A stretch of 63,997 nucleotides of DNA, counting the filler, from Bonamia ostreae (lineage: Eukaryota): assembly GCA_040357525.1 (NCBI GenBank). It is 11 parts of 11 records of this genome, joined end to end, with 100 filler letters (N's around TTAATTAATTAA, not from the genome) between each part and the next. Parts side by side here need not be neighbours in the genome. Positions count along the whole stretch, not along the records: positions 47,137 to 52,874 come from JBDODL010000169.1; positions 52,975 to 58,652 come from JBDODL010000170.1; positions 58,753 to 63,997 come from JBDODL010000212.1; 8 more parts are not named here. One strand, written 5' to 3'. A program made the position numbers and the translations under genes. The notes below the pieces were generated by a model. That model saw nothing but the letters and a program-made list of their open reading frames with translations, searched no databases and had not been told where the DNA came from. Of the stretch, positions 48,711-63,997 are shown piece by piece. The stretch's first letter is position 1. Every line of letters starts with the position of its first letter.

Positions 48711-51029
48711 ATGTCCGCTGCAAATCTTGTGTTTGTACTTTTCGCAAATACGGTCTTGTCATACGCCATAAAAAATTGCGTTTTAGGAAAGAAGAATGGT
48801 CATTTTAGCGCAAGAAATATCGTTGTTCAACAAGACAAATTCGTAACGACAAAGTGTTTCTATTCGAACAAAAACATCACTTTGTATTGCAATCCGTCTT
48901 CTCGTCCTTATTTCTCTTCAAACGAAACTTGTCCCGTGAAAAAATGTAGCAATGACTTAAACTACACTTGTGCTTACGGCGCATGTTTCGCAAGACAAAC
49001 CACAAATGTCCTCGTTAACGGCAAAATAGTTTCGACATTTGAAGAGGAATTTTATTGCCACAGATTAAGATACCTGTTGCGATTCAGAAGGCAAAACATT
49101 ACTAACCGAAACAACAAAAGCATCAATATACAATTTAAATACGATCAAAAAAGACCGTTGAAGAATCTAATTCAAACCCCTTTCTGCAAACACACGATCA
49201 ATTCTGGTTGCGAGATTAAAGCGAGAGAAGGCATGTCTCTTTTTGTCGAACCACATGTACTTTCCCCGTTGAGCACTGTTAATGTAGAGGATGACAAAGT
49301 GATTGAAGTCAAGCAAAAGGGTTTGTCTGCATAAAACTTTAGAATGCTTTGTTGACCCAAACGTTTTAATGTCGATTGATGCTTTGTGCAATTTAAAAAA
49401 CAACAGATTCCTTGAAAAGTGCACATTTAAGTGCAAAGACGGACTTTTTGAAAACAACAGTGATACGATAACTTTGCATTGTATCGAGAATTTTGAAGCA
49501 CCGCTCTGCGCGGTAGAGCTACAATCCGACAATGCAACGATTGCGGTAGAGCTACAATCCGTGGATACCGAAGCGAGTAGTAAATGTTCCATGGAATTTG
49601 CGAAGGACGGATATAACTTCTGTGATATTGTTAGTCGCGAATGCAAAAATGTTTGCATTGAAAATGACATATTTACAATCTACGAAAATTGTACGGTTGG
49701 CGTCAAAGGAAATTACGAGTTTATAGATGGGACGGTTCGCAAAGATTTGGTCTGTCAAAACATTGAAGACATTGATTATTTTGAACTTCAACTAAAAAAA
49801 TATTGTTTTTTAACTTATTCAAGATTGCGAGACAACAGTAGAAGGAAACAAAAACCTCACAGTTGCATCTAATGGGAGTCCATGTACCTTTGACGGCAAA
49901 ATTTTAAGATATAACGAAGAATGCGTTATATCTGCCAACAACGGGGAATTCAGACGAACTGTTAAGTGTATAAACAGAAAGCCATCAAAAAACAGGTTGA
50001 ATGTTCCACGTCCAAGTCTTTTTTCCGTTTATTAAAGCTTGCAGAGTTGGAAAAAACAGAAATCTCAAAAATCATTGCGAGTTTAAAGAAAAAAGATTTA
50101 GTGGGAAATGTAAAGCTTCCTGTACAAAAAATTTTGTTCATGAGAAAATCGGAATAAGCGACTTTGTATCTACTTGCCACAATGGGATCAAAGACCTTAA
50201 CTTTATTTGTGTTAAAAAAACGAAATGTTTTAATAATAACTTTTGCAGTACAATGCCACAAGCCGATATTTAACGGTCGGATAGACAAAGTGCGCACGAA
50301 ATGCGCAACAACGAAATGCAGCGCCGCCACGTATCCGAACTTTTACTTAATGAAGAACAAGAGTATCTTCACCAATCTATCGGTTACTTGCCAAAACAAC
50401 AGTTTAATAGAAATCGCTCCATACTGCGAAAAACCTCTTTTCGTATACCAAACTTCAAACAAAACGAAAGATTACTACAAAAAGTGCCGCTTCGGAACCT
50501 TTAACGGAAAACGAAAAATGCTAAATCGGTGTACTTTTGATGCAGATAGCGGTGAAGCCTTTTCTGTTAACGGAAAATTAGTCTCTTCTATCGATATCAA
50601 ATGCGGCGAGAATGGTAAAAGCGATTTCACTTTGGTCAAAATTTACAAAACACGTTTTAAACTTTATAGAAAGATTGTCCGTTGCCAAATTTGCCAAACG
50701 GATATTTTGACGCGGAATGCGGGACGATCACAGCTGGGGAATTTTGTCATTTTGGTTGTATAAGAAACTTTGAAACTAAAAATAAAAATACAAAACAACG
50801 CATCAAATGCCAATTTAACGAAAAGGGAAAAACGCTTTTCATTGGGCACATATATTGCTACGAGAAGAAAAACAACACGATTATAATAATTCTTTGTGTT
50901 CTCGGGGCAATTGTGATGGCAGCAGCTATTTTTCTTGCGTATCGATGTGTCATTAAACGTCAAGGAAATGATGATCCAGGACACCTGAGCATTAGTGAGT
51001 ACACAGAAGAATATTTCATTATCGATTAG
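48711..51029 (+). CDS. Cys-rich type-I membrane surface protein with repeated sushi/CCP-like modules
   Basis: Signal peptide; modules such as CTFKCKDG and AECGTITAGEFCHFGC; TM IIIILCVLGAIVMAAAIFLAY. Introns at 49321-49342, 49805-49823 and three more. Confidence 0.75.
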
Positions 51030-51099
51030 TACCATTGGATATGTATTAAAAACTGTTATCTTATTTGTTTCTTGATCTCTGTACAATTATTTTCCGTTG

Positions 51100-51920
51100 T
51101 TTCAATAATATTACATCTAGATCTTCGTATAGTTTCTTTTAGTTTGCTGTAAATCCTTTATACAGAACATGTTTTAGCTTCCAGATTTGTTTCAGTTCTT
51201 TTTGATATCTTGTTGAGTTTTCTATCAGAAAGATATTTTTTTATATCTTTTTTAGAGTTTGTCTTATTTCATCTAATTTTGGTTTTGTGCTTCTACAATT
51301 AAATGACATAAGTTTTAAATTGTTAAAATCCTTAACGCATTCATACCCATTTACTTAAGCTCCTGATTATTCTTTCGCCGCATCAGTTCTCCCCTCCTTC
51401 AAAATTTTGTCGATTCGACTGAGTCTGTATTCTCTTTTTTCTTAACTGGAAGTCTCCATTTTTAACGAAGACTTCCGTCATTGCTCTTCTTAATATTCCT
51501 CCTTATCATTTTGCTTCTTTATTTTTGGGAGTAGCTTTATTGCGTCTGTATTCCCTTTTATCTAGACTCAATAATTTTCTGTTTCAGTGGTGTTTTAATT
51601 GTCTCTCCTTCATAGTAGTTCTTTAAAATTTGTTGTTNNNNNNNNNNNNNNNNNNNNNNNNNNNNNNNNNNNNNNNNNNNNNNNNNNNNNNNNNNNNNNN
51701 NNNNNNNNNNNNNNNNNNNNNNNNNNNNNNNNNNNNNTTCAGTGGTGTTTTAATTGTCTCTCCTTCATAGTAGTTCTTTAAAATTTGTTGTTCAATAAAC
51801 CCCTTAAAATAAGTTGCGACTTTTATATTCAAAATAAAGTTTCTGCAATTTGTTTGATTAACCTCGTGTATTGGAACCAATAGAGGAAACGGCGAAAGGT
51901 AAATAACCAACGCTTTCAAC
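51100..51920 (-). mobile_element. Decayed non-LTR retrotransposon fragment (start of APE endonuclease)
   Basis: NLKLMSFNCRSTKPKLDEIRQTL at ~51255-51325 matches the LINE ORF2 start (LKI.SWN.RS...K..EL). Surrounded by stops and a duplicated segment across a gap. Confidence 0.45.
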
Positions 51921-52131
51921 GACGATAGGATTTTTACCTCTTAAAACGGAATATTCTAAATTTGTAACCTGAATATTCTAAAATTGTTCAGCATCGATTG
52001 ATTATACTAAAAGGGGAATTTGATAAAAAAAATTGCTAAACAACAATGTTAATTAAAATAAAATTTATAATTTGAAAAAGTAATTTTATAATTTAAAAAA
52101 ATAAATTTAGAATAAATTCTAAAAATAACAA

Positions 52132-52874
52132 ATGTCGTTTATTTCCAGAAAATTTACAATAATTATCTTCTTCTCGGCAGTTTTTCCATATCAGTTAGAT
52201 AACACTAATGGAATATATAAATACTTTGGTCGGTCGAAAATTAATTTAGATGATGGATTTTATAATATGAAATGCCAATATTCAAAAGAAACCAAAATTG
52301 TTGTAATTAGTAAAAACAAAATTAATATAACAAACAAATGCCCTTCTTTACGCTGCTATAAAAACGAAAATATAAAATTAACGTGTAAAGGAGATAAATG
52401 TAAAATGGATGTTAAAGGAAATTACAAGTTGGTGCTATATGGCGGAAATTATAATAATCTACCATGTTCATTAAAATACGGAATTAAAGCAAATATCAAA
52501 AAGACAAAACCTGTTGCAATAAAAACGATATTGGTTTTTTATGAAATAAAACGAGAGAAACCAAATATGGATCTTTTTTCAACAAATTGTCAAATTATCG
52601 AAGAAGTTGTTAAGATAAACAAATACTGCTATTTGAAAACGAGCAAAAATTATTTGTTTTCCTTTGATGACAAAAAATTAAACACTATCAATTTTAACGA
52701 TGTTGAGGATGAATCTTCTGTAAGTATAGTTTCGAAGTTAGAGTGTGTGTTCGCCAAAATCGAATTGAAAGCAAACAACATCAAAAGTGTCTGCAATAAA
52801 ATAAACGGAAAATTCAGAGGAGAATGTTTAATCGGTTGTCAAAAAGGGTTTGAAATCGGATCAAAAGATTCTAC
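52132..52874 (+). CDS. Secreted Cys-rich protein, paralog of 48711-51029; 3' truncated
   Basis: Signal peptide. KCQYSKE...KCPSLRC...LTCKGDKC and LECVF...SVCNKINGKFRGECLIGCQKG align by eye with the 48711 gene. Confidence 0.7.
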
Positions 52875-53096
52875 NNNNNNNNNNNNNNNNNNNNNNNNNN
52901 NNNNNNNNNNNNNNNNNNTTAATTAATTAANNNNNNNNNNNNNNNNNNNNNNNNNNNNNNNNNNNNNNNNNNNNAACTGAGTAAACGCTCATAACGGAAT
53001 TTGACTTTATCACAAAATTTTACTTTTGAGAAAATTTGAAATGACTTTTTTGTGATAAAATTTTTTTGTGAAACCGGTTTTAATAATTCGCTAAAA

Positions 53097-53170
53097 CACT
53101 CTTGCCGGGATTTGAACCCGGAATCTACTCCTTAGGAAGGAATCGCCTTAACCAATTGGGCCACAAGAGC
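53097..53170 (-). tRNA. tRNA-Arg(CCT)
   Basis: GCTCTTG/CAAGAGT acceptor stem, D-arm TGGCCCAATTGGTTAAGGCG, anticodon loop TTCCTAA, T-arm CCGGG-TTCAAAT-CCCGG. Confidence 0.95.
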
Positions 53171-53267
53171 ATTATAATTTATTCTATTTTTGAGTTTATA
53201 AAGTTTATGACAAATCTATTTTTTAAATGGCCACGTCATCAAAACTGGAATTTTAGTGTACAAAGAT

Positions 53268-54535
53268 TTACAATTCTTTGACTAGAAATCTCACATCACA
53301 ACTTAATCTTAAGTTGCGAGACGTGTTGATCGACGCGCCATGAACAGTCTTAATGTTGAAAACGATAATATCGCCACCTTCCATTTCAGGAGCGATTTCC
53401 CAAACAGAATTTTTGTCGAATCCAGTCGGAACTTGTTTTCCGAATTGTGGCAAATCAAAGTTTGCCAAATTTTGGGATTTTGGGCTGATTCCGAGAATGC
53501 TGTTTGACGGTTTATATTTTTCGCCCAAACAAATCCAACAAGTGTAAGCGCCAAAAAACGAAGATGCACATTCTTTGCAATGGAATTCGCCTTCGTTGGC
53601 AAAATCTTGTGATATTTGCATTTTTGAAATTTTTGGGTTCGCAAATATAACCAAAAACGTTTTTTTGACAACGAGTTTTTTCTCTCGCCGTCTAAACAAT
53701 CCAAATGCGAAAGTTTCGCGCATAGCGCGCATTTTCTGAATTCAGTTTCTTTCGTGCTCTTTCTGCAAACAAAGCAATTTTCTTTGCCAAACCCGAAATT
53801 TCCGATTCTTTCTTTTTTGATTTCCTTCGCGAAAATGTTGAAGACCGACTCGTTTTTAAAATAGTAATAATCCTTTGAAATTTATTTTTTGTTTGATTTA
53901 AATTTTTTCAAAACGGCGTGTTCTTGTGTTGCGCCATTTCTGCCAATTAATCTCAGCCAACTTTGATCAGAAAGCATTTTGATGTTTCCAAAAACAGATT
54001 TTAGTAAACCATTTAGTGAAAGTCCGTCATAGATTTTTTTAAGCTCTTTGCTTTGACATAAATCTTTCCATTTTTCGGTATCGAAATTAGGCTTTTCTTT
54101 AGTTTCTTTGCCGGAAATCATTTGAACGGTAAAGCCTTCTTTATTTTCATCGTTCAAAACGGCGATGTTCTTCCCGAAATTGAGTTTTTTGGCCAAATTG
54201 GAATTTGCCAAAAAAACAAAAATTTTTTTTCGAGCGGTTTCGATAGTTTTTTTGTCAAAAAAGTTTTTCAAATAAAAATAGCCATCTCTGTCGATTTTTT
54301 CTTTTATATTCTTATAATCCTCGTTTTTGAGAAAATCGTTGCTAAATTTTTGAATAAATTTAGAAAGATTAAAATTTGCTTGGAACCTATTTTTTAGAGG
54401 AAACAAATTTTTTCCTGGAGCTAAGAGGTAGTTTCCGATTTGAATTTTGGTTTTGTTAAATAAATTTTTGTTTTTTTTCAAAATTAATTTTGAGTTTGTT
54501 TTAATTTTTGATTTTTCGATTTTATTTAATGGCAT
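53268..54535 (-). CDS. PhyH-family 2-oxoglutarate/Fe(II) dioxygenase with an inserted PHD finger
   Basis: IDRDGYFYLKNFFD, WLRLIG..ATQEHA|DYYYF, C4HC3 insert, YTCWICLG and GDIIVFNIKTVHGASIN....RLSCDVRF; two GT-AG introns. Confidence 0.85.
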
Positions 54536-55100
54536 TTTTCTGATTTATTTTTGGCTAAATTAAACTGAAAACAAAATTTTAAATTAATGCGCTAAATATT
54601 TAAATTATTTTAGTTGTTTTAAGAAATCTCAAAAAATTGCAAAAAAATCTTTTGTGTAAAAATAAAAATTATCGTGTACAAATTATAAATCTTCGGAAAC
54701 GATAAGGAATGACGGAAATGAGGCAATTTCAGACATTGAAAAAGAGAGTCGAAAAAATCAGAAAATAAAATTTGCAAAATGAGAAAAATGGCCAAACTAA
54801 AAAAAAAGATGAAAAAAACGTTTAGAAAGTCTAAAATAAATTTGAGTAAATTTTATGTTTTGCTATTCTGACAAATTTAATTTGAATTTTTTTGAAATAC
54901 AAATTTACATTAAATGTTTTAACGAAAAATGTTTTTATGATTACAAAAGTTTTTATTTGACGGAAAATAGAAAAAGGTTCAAAAAATATTTTGTTGGTAT
55001 TAAAATCTTTACAATATTTTTGAAATAAAAATTAATCCTTCGGAACTATTATCACATTCAATACAAATTTCTATTAAATAAATGCAAAAAACAATATTCA

Positions 55101-58128
<3,028 letters not shown>

Positions 58129-58256
58129 TTCTGAAATTTGAGGTGATTTTAATATCAATTTTACCAAATATTTTATTACAATTTCAGGTTAAAACAACAA
58201 TTTTATAAAACAATTTGAATATTTTATATTTGAAAAAAAAGATAAAATTTACTTTA

Positions 58257-58652
58257 TCACTTGTTTTTGCTTTTTTTGTAGCGAGGTTTTATGATATTTT
58301 TCGCGTTGTTTTCATCGCTATAACTGTCGTAACTTTCACTTCTTCGACTTCGACTTCTTTTTCGACTTTTGTTATTATGTTCCAATTTAAGTTCTACTCT
58401 CATTTGCACTTGTCTGGCGCAATAAGCACGCCATGACTCTTCATTGAAGCCGTAATTAAAGTAATCGCTCAAGTCAGATCCACTTTTCCGCCACGGCTTT
58501 TCCGAAAGAGAGTCGATGTCCAAGTCGTAAATGCTCGGATACAACTTTTTGTTTTCGGCAGATGCCATTCCTTTCGTCGCAACTTCAAAATTTGTTTCTC
58601 CGCTGGTTTTGTTACTTTCAACGTTTTGGTCTTTGAACTGATCTTCTTCTTC
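58257..58652 (-). CDS. FIP1: Pre-mRNA 3'-processing factor FIP1, 5' truncated
   Basis: DLDIDSLSEKPWRKSGSDLSDYFNYGFNEESWRAYCARQ. Confidence 0.92.
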   Translation of the reverse strand, partial: EEEDQFKDQNVESNKTSGETNFEVATKGMASAENKKLYPSIYDLDIDSLSEKPWRKSGSDLSDYFNYGFNEESWRAYCARQVQMRVELKLEHNNKSRKRSRSRRSESYDSYSDENNAKNIIKPRYKKSKNK

Positions 58653-58752
58653 NNNNNNNNNNNNNNNNNNNNNNNNNNNNNNNNNNNNNNNNNNNNTTAA
58701 TTAATTAANNNNNNNNNNNNNNNNNNNNNNNNNNNNNNNNNNNNNNNNNNNN

Positions 58753-61700
58753 CAATTTTGGACAAAGACTGGAAAAGTGAACAGCGATCGAAAATAAAGT
58801 CGCAAAATCAAAATTTCCGAATCAAGTTTTGTAAACGACTTTTTTTCGATGAAACTTTTTATGTTTTCGCTATCGATTTGTTTCAAAAAGTTTTCGACTG
58901 ATTTTTTGTTCATCGAAACTAAATTTTCTGATAACAAATTTAGCAATTCGTAAAAATTCTGAACCAAATTTTCTTTTTTTTTTGCAATTTTGGCTAATTT
59001 TTATAAAACAAAATGTTCAAGAATTTGCCAAATTTTAAAACAATTTGCAATTTTTTGTAATTTTGGAAATTTTTATAATTTCATTTTACATAATTTTTAA
59101 ACTTTCAAATTGAGATAAAACGATTGATCGCAAATCTTTATGAAGAATCTGAAACACGTCAATAAAAACTGTCCATGAAAGAATAAACTTTCAAATAATT
59201 AAAACATTAAAATTTAGTCAAATTTTATAAATCCTAAAATATCTTCAAAATTTAGCAAAATTTCTAAAAACTTCAATAATTTCGTTTTCATTTTCAGAAA
59301 AAACTAATTTTCCATTAAATTTTAGCTTTTTGAGTAGTTTTCGCGTTAATATTTTTCCTAAAATCGCAGTTTCTGTAATTTCGCCTTTTTCATCGTAATT
59401 CGCTTTTTGTGATTTTTTTATGATTTTTGCCGATTTTTAAAATTATTTTTAGCCCATAAAATTTAGCCAAACAAAAAACAAAATAACAAATCAATCATTT
59501 CAGTTTTGGCAATTTCGTCTTCATTTCGCAATTTATCGCCGAAAATGTAAAACTTTTTTTGGAAATTTTTGGCTTTTCGAAGATTGCAATTAGATAAAAG
59601 CTCATAAAAATCGATTTGATTTTTTTTGTTTTTAAAAAGAATGTTCCAAAATTGCGATAAAAGAGATTTTCAATGTCTTCTTCGTGTTCATATAATATAT
59701 CGAACTGCGAAAGACCGTGAAAAAAATCCGAATCATTGTTTATCGAGTTTTTGGTAATTTGAATTAATAAGTTTTTGTTGTCAACACACAGTTTTCCCGC
59801 TGTTGACAATAATTTGGCTAAATTGTAATCAAAATTTTATAAATTTTTTTTGAAACAAAATTAAAAATTTACAAGAAAACCGTTTTCGTTTTGTTTAAAA
59901 TCATCAAAACCACACAAAAACTTTAAAAGGCCAAAACAATATCTCAAAAACTCAAAATTCTCTTCAAACCACAAAAAATCTGCGATTTTCAATTTTTGCA
60001 AATATTCAAATTCAACTTCAACCCAATCTTTCAGCATTTCTTTTATGCCATTTTCATTCATTATACTAACAAACAAAGTCCGATTTTTAGCTAAAATGTC
60101 GGAAAGTTCTAAACAAGCCAAGGCTCTTCTTTTTTGTGGAAAACTGAAAATTTTAAAGCTTTTCGAGACAATATAATTTTCGCGCGAAAAAATGAATTTT
60201 TGGTCGTTGAAATTTATTTTCAGCAAATTAGCCAAAACAATCAATTTTTCCGCCATTAAATCGATATCGAAAACAGATTTTAATTGTTTGAAAATCGTTT
60301 CAAACAATTTTTCAGTTACTAATTCGATATCTTTGTTACCGCTTTCAACATATTCGATATCTTTGTTAGCGCCGTCAATAGTACAAAAACACGCATTGAC
60401 GACGTTAACAAGTATTTTCAACCGATTCGTGTCGTTTTGAAGATCGCCCAAAATTTTTGGAGCGCTGTTTTCGACCTCAACAAAACGACGAGATATCAAC
60501 AAGATGTCGCTACGACATTTTTCGACCAAATTTTGCCGAATTTTGGACTGAGCCAAATTTGCAAAATTTTTAAAAACAGCGAAAAAAATTGGTTTGCCCA
60601 AATTTTGGTGAAAAATTTTAAAATGGTCGTCAAAACGCAAAAAGGTTTTGGCGACGACAATATCAGAAATAATCCGATTTTGTTCCAAAATTCGGGTTAA
60701 AGTTCTCAAATTAAAGTGTTTTTCTTTTTGAGCATTTGTGTTCTGCGAAAAAATGGATTGGTGGCAATGCAGAAATGCAAAAACAACGGAAATGTCAAAG
60801 TTATCAAAATTTAGCAAATTTTGAAGTAAAATGGAATTTTCGTTTGACCAAATGAGCAAATTTGTCAAATTTGAAATATAATTTTTTGATTTGTTGGCTA
60901 AATTGCGTTGGCTAAATTTTTGGTTTTCGTCGAAACAATTGTTTTGATAATCGATAAAATATGACTGACAGTCTGAAAAACAAGATTTTAAGCTTAATTT
61001 CAAAGTTTTTAATTGCTTTTTGTGATCGGAAAAATGGATTGATTGAGCAAAATCATCGAATTCGATCAATTTTTGCTTATTTAGCAAATTCTCGGCAAAA
61101 ACGGTTCCGTAAAATTTTGCTTTTTCTTCAATAAATTTGAAAATTGATTTGTTTTTGTCAATTTTTTGAACCAAAGTTTTGAAAATGGCCCTCGAAGTTT
61201 TTGAAATTTGGGCCAAATTGCATTTTTGCAAATCGAAAACGTTTTTAATGACTAATTTTGGAATTTCTGTGTCATCAAAGAAGTCTAAATTTAGAACAAA
61301 ATTTAGCATTTGAGTCGATAAAATTATTTTTCTTTCATTAACGTCAATTTCACTTTTTATTTTATTTTATAGAACCCGAAACTGAGAATAGAAAAGATAC
61401 GTTCTGACATAAATTCGATCAAATTTTTATTTTCCGAACACTTTTCCAAAAACAGAAAAACATCTTCATTTGCTTCTCCGTTTTTAAATAGCAAATCGAT
61501 CTTTTGTTATTTAGTTTTTTTATAATAAACGAAAAAATTGTTAAATTTTGCTATTTTTGATATCAACAAAAAACGAAAAAATTGTTAAATTTTGCTATTT
61601 TTGATATCAACAAAAAACGAAAAAATTTGTTAATATTTATTTTTTCGATATTAACAAAAAACGAAAAATAAAATTTTAAATAAAATTAACAACATTAGTT

Positions 61701-63997
61701 TTAATATTTTCCTCCAAATCTTTTCCAATCCCATTCCTCGCCAAAAAGTTATAAAAACAATGCCATTTCACAACTTTTTCCTTTTCACTAAAAACAATCA
61801 ACCCAAATTTAGCCATTTTTTTAAAATCCGAGAAAAAATCAATAATATTGCAAATTTTGAGATCGGTTTTTCTGTTTACTTTTTGGTCTATAAAGATTTT
61901 TAACAATTTTTCAATGTTTTTATTGATGTCAATCACATTTTTATCTTCATTTTTAATATTAATTTCTTCGCCATTTTTGATATAATTTTTGCTACCGAAA
62001 CAATCGTTGTAACAATAAATCAATTCATCGATTGCAGAAATGACAAAATCATTTTTCGTAAAATTTAGCCAATTTCCCAAAATTCCAAAAATACTTTTTC
62101 CAAAATCGATTTTTGACGTTTTTATCCAATTTTTGTTCGATTTAACGTCGATTAAAAACGATTTCAGAACTTTCGCCAACAAAACACAATTTTTAAGTTT
62201 TATTTTTAATACATCGATTTTTTCGATGTTTTTGATTTCCGAAAAGGATTTTAATTTTGACAAAACTGAATCAAAATAGTCTTTTTTTATGTAATTTTCG
62301 GAAGACATAAAAGATAAGAAAGGCTTTAAATTTTCGGAGTTTAAAGATTCTAATAATATTGCTTTGTCTAAAAATGAGTTTGAATAATAAATTGCTTTCT
62401 TTTCGTTGTCAAAAGCAGTTTCGTTGAAATTCTTTGTTCGATGAGAATTGGTTTCAATGAGAATTTTAAGACATTCGAAAAAAGTTTTTGAGACGGTTTG
62501 AAGTTGATTTATTTTAATATTTTTAGTATTTAAAATGGCATCAAAAAAATCTTTTTCAAAATTTTTTGTTTCGGTTATTTGTCCCAAAATAACTTTTAGA
62601 ATTGGCGCCAACAAAGAAAATGTTTTAAAATCGCTTTTCGACAATGTTGTCAAAATGTTTTTTCTTAATTTTTCAAATCCCTTTAAATTTATAATTATTT
62701 TCGAAACATTAAAATTGCTAAAAACATTTTTGTTGTTAAAAAAATTATCAAATTTGGCTAAATAGAAAATTGCGAAATTCCAAGAAAATATTTTCGTTTT
62801 AGGATTTTTGTCTAAAAGTAAATTCGGAATTAGATTTTCAAAATAATCTTTTTGTTCTCGAAAATATTGTTCCGCAGTTTTTATTGTTAAGAGTTTCTTT
62901 TAAAATTAGTTTTAAATTTTGGTTTCCAATTACTAATTTTTAGTCCTTATCTAATTTTTGATATTCATTTTTTATCAAAATAGATTTTTGTTTATAATTT
63001 TTATTAAATCGTAAAAAAAACGTTTAAAAGATCAAAAGTTGGAATTTTTGTTAATTCATTTTTAAATAACGACTTCCAAAAATTTGTTCGACAAAATAAT
63101 TTTTTGAATTCGTCAATTATTAAAAAACTTTCGTCCATTATTAAAAATTTGTTAATTGCGCAAATAAGTTGAGCTTTAAAGTTTTCAAATCGTATTTTCT
63201 TTTTAATGGCAGCAAAATCCAATCCGGTAACCGCCGAATTAAAAAGAAAATCGATCTCGTCTCGATTTTTGTTGTCAGAACAAATTATTATTCCGACGTT
63301 TTTAATGAAAAATCGTTTAAAGTACGTCAAATCATTATTTTTGAAAATTTGCTTTTCTTTCGATTTTGGTTGATAACAAAATCTGAATAATTTTTTAGCT
63401 TTTTTTCTAACTGATTCGTCGATATCGAAAGTCGCTGCCAATAAAAACGAAAAGTTATTCTTGGCGAAAAAATTGGCAGCGCAGTTTTTTGTGACTTTTT
63501 GGAGTCTCATTTTTTGAGAAAGGAGATCGAAGCAAATGTCTAAAACTGCTTCGCGAAAAGAAGGAATTTCGGATAAGGTGAAGACGGGAAAAAATAGCGA
63601 CCAAGTTTTAAGGCACAAATTCAACTCGTCGTTTGAAAGAGTTTTAAGTTGCGTTCTTTTCTTTTCGACATTTTTCTTAAATTCGATAATAAAAACTATG
63701 GACGAACTCTCTTTTTTAAGAAAGTCCGATAGTTCTTTTCGCAGTTTTTCGTCATAAAGTTTCTATTTTTGTTTGTTAAAACGTTGCGAGATGAAGCTAT
63801 TTCTTTACCCGCGTATCCTCCGAATTCAAGATGGCCAGACATTTTGTTTTTCTAAATTATTATATTTAGCTTAATTGCGATTTTATAGAAATCTTAATTT
63901 TAATTGATTATTATAGAAATCTTAATTGATTATTTAATCTTTTTGCTGAAAATTTTAATTTCCTTTAAAAAATTAGAGCGACTTCTGGTAAATCTTG
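58753..63997 (-). CDS. LTN1: Listerin/LTN1 E3 ligase-like HEAT-repeat protein (both ends outside contig/window)
   Basis: N-terminal FGGY, D.KLRKEL..FLKK, CLKTWSLFFP..., FD.DESVRKKA pattern followed by long helical exons. The RING domain is not present. Confidence 0.55.
61528..61668. repeat. Intronic ~44-bp tandem repeat (~3 copies)
   Basis: Repeated AACGAAAAAATTGTTAAATTTTGCTATTTTTGATATCAACAAAA. Confidence 0.9.

Overview
AT-rich nuclear DNA from a gene-dense unicellular eukaryote. The standard genetic code fits all reconstructed genes. The compact genome and ~20-nt introns would suit a parasitic protist such as an ascetosporean rhizarian, but that assignment is only inference. The window is not one locus: it is about 11 unrelated ~5.8-kb contigs joined by N-padded TTAATTAATTAA linkers, so gene neighbourhoods only mean something inside each contig. 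The fragmented ORF track is explained by spliceosomal introns, mostly 19-26 nt and GT-AG, usually with GTTT donors and A-rich 3' ends; longer introns are often filled with tandem repeats. About 35 protein genes were reconstructed by hand, plus tRNA-Arg(CCT), a decayed Merlin/ISXO2-like DNA transposon and two LINE relics. Most notable: (1) a PhyH-type 2OG-Fe(II) dioxygenase with a complete PHD finger inserted right after its HxD motif; (2) a myosin with an N-terminal RhoGAP domain; (3) a securin-like protein; (4) tandem TNFAIP8/TIPE paralogs; (5) an intronless, bacterial-like chorismate-lyase-fold gene; (6) a PKG with a Thr gatekeeper; (7) a Cys-rich surface protein family. All family calls come from recalled motifs, not database searches.
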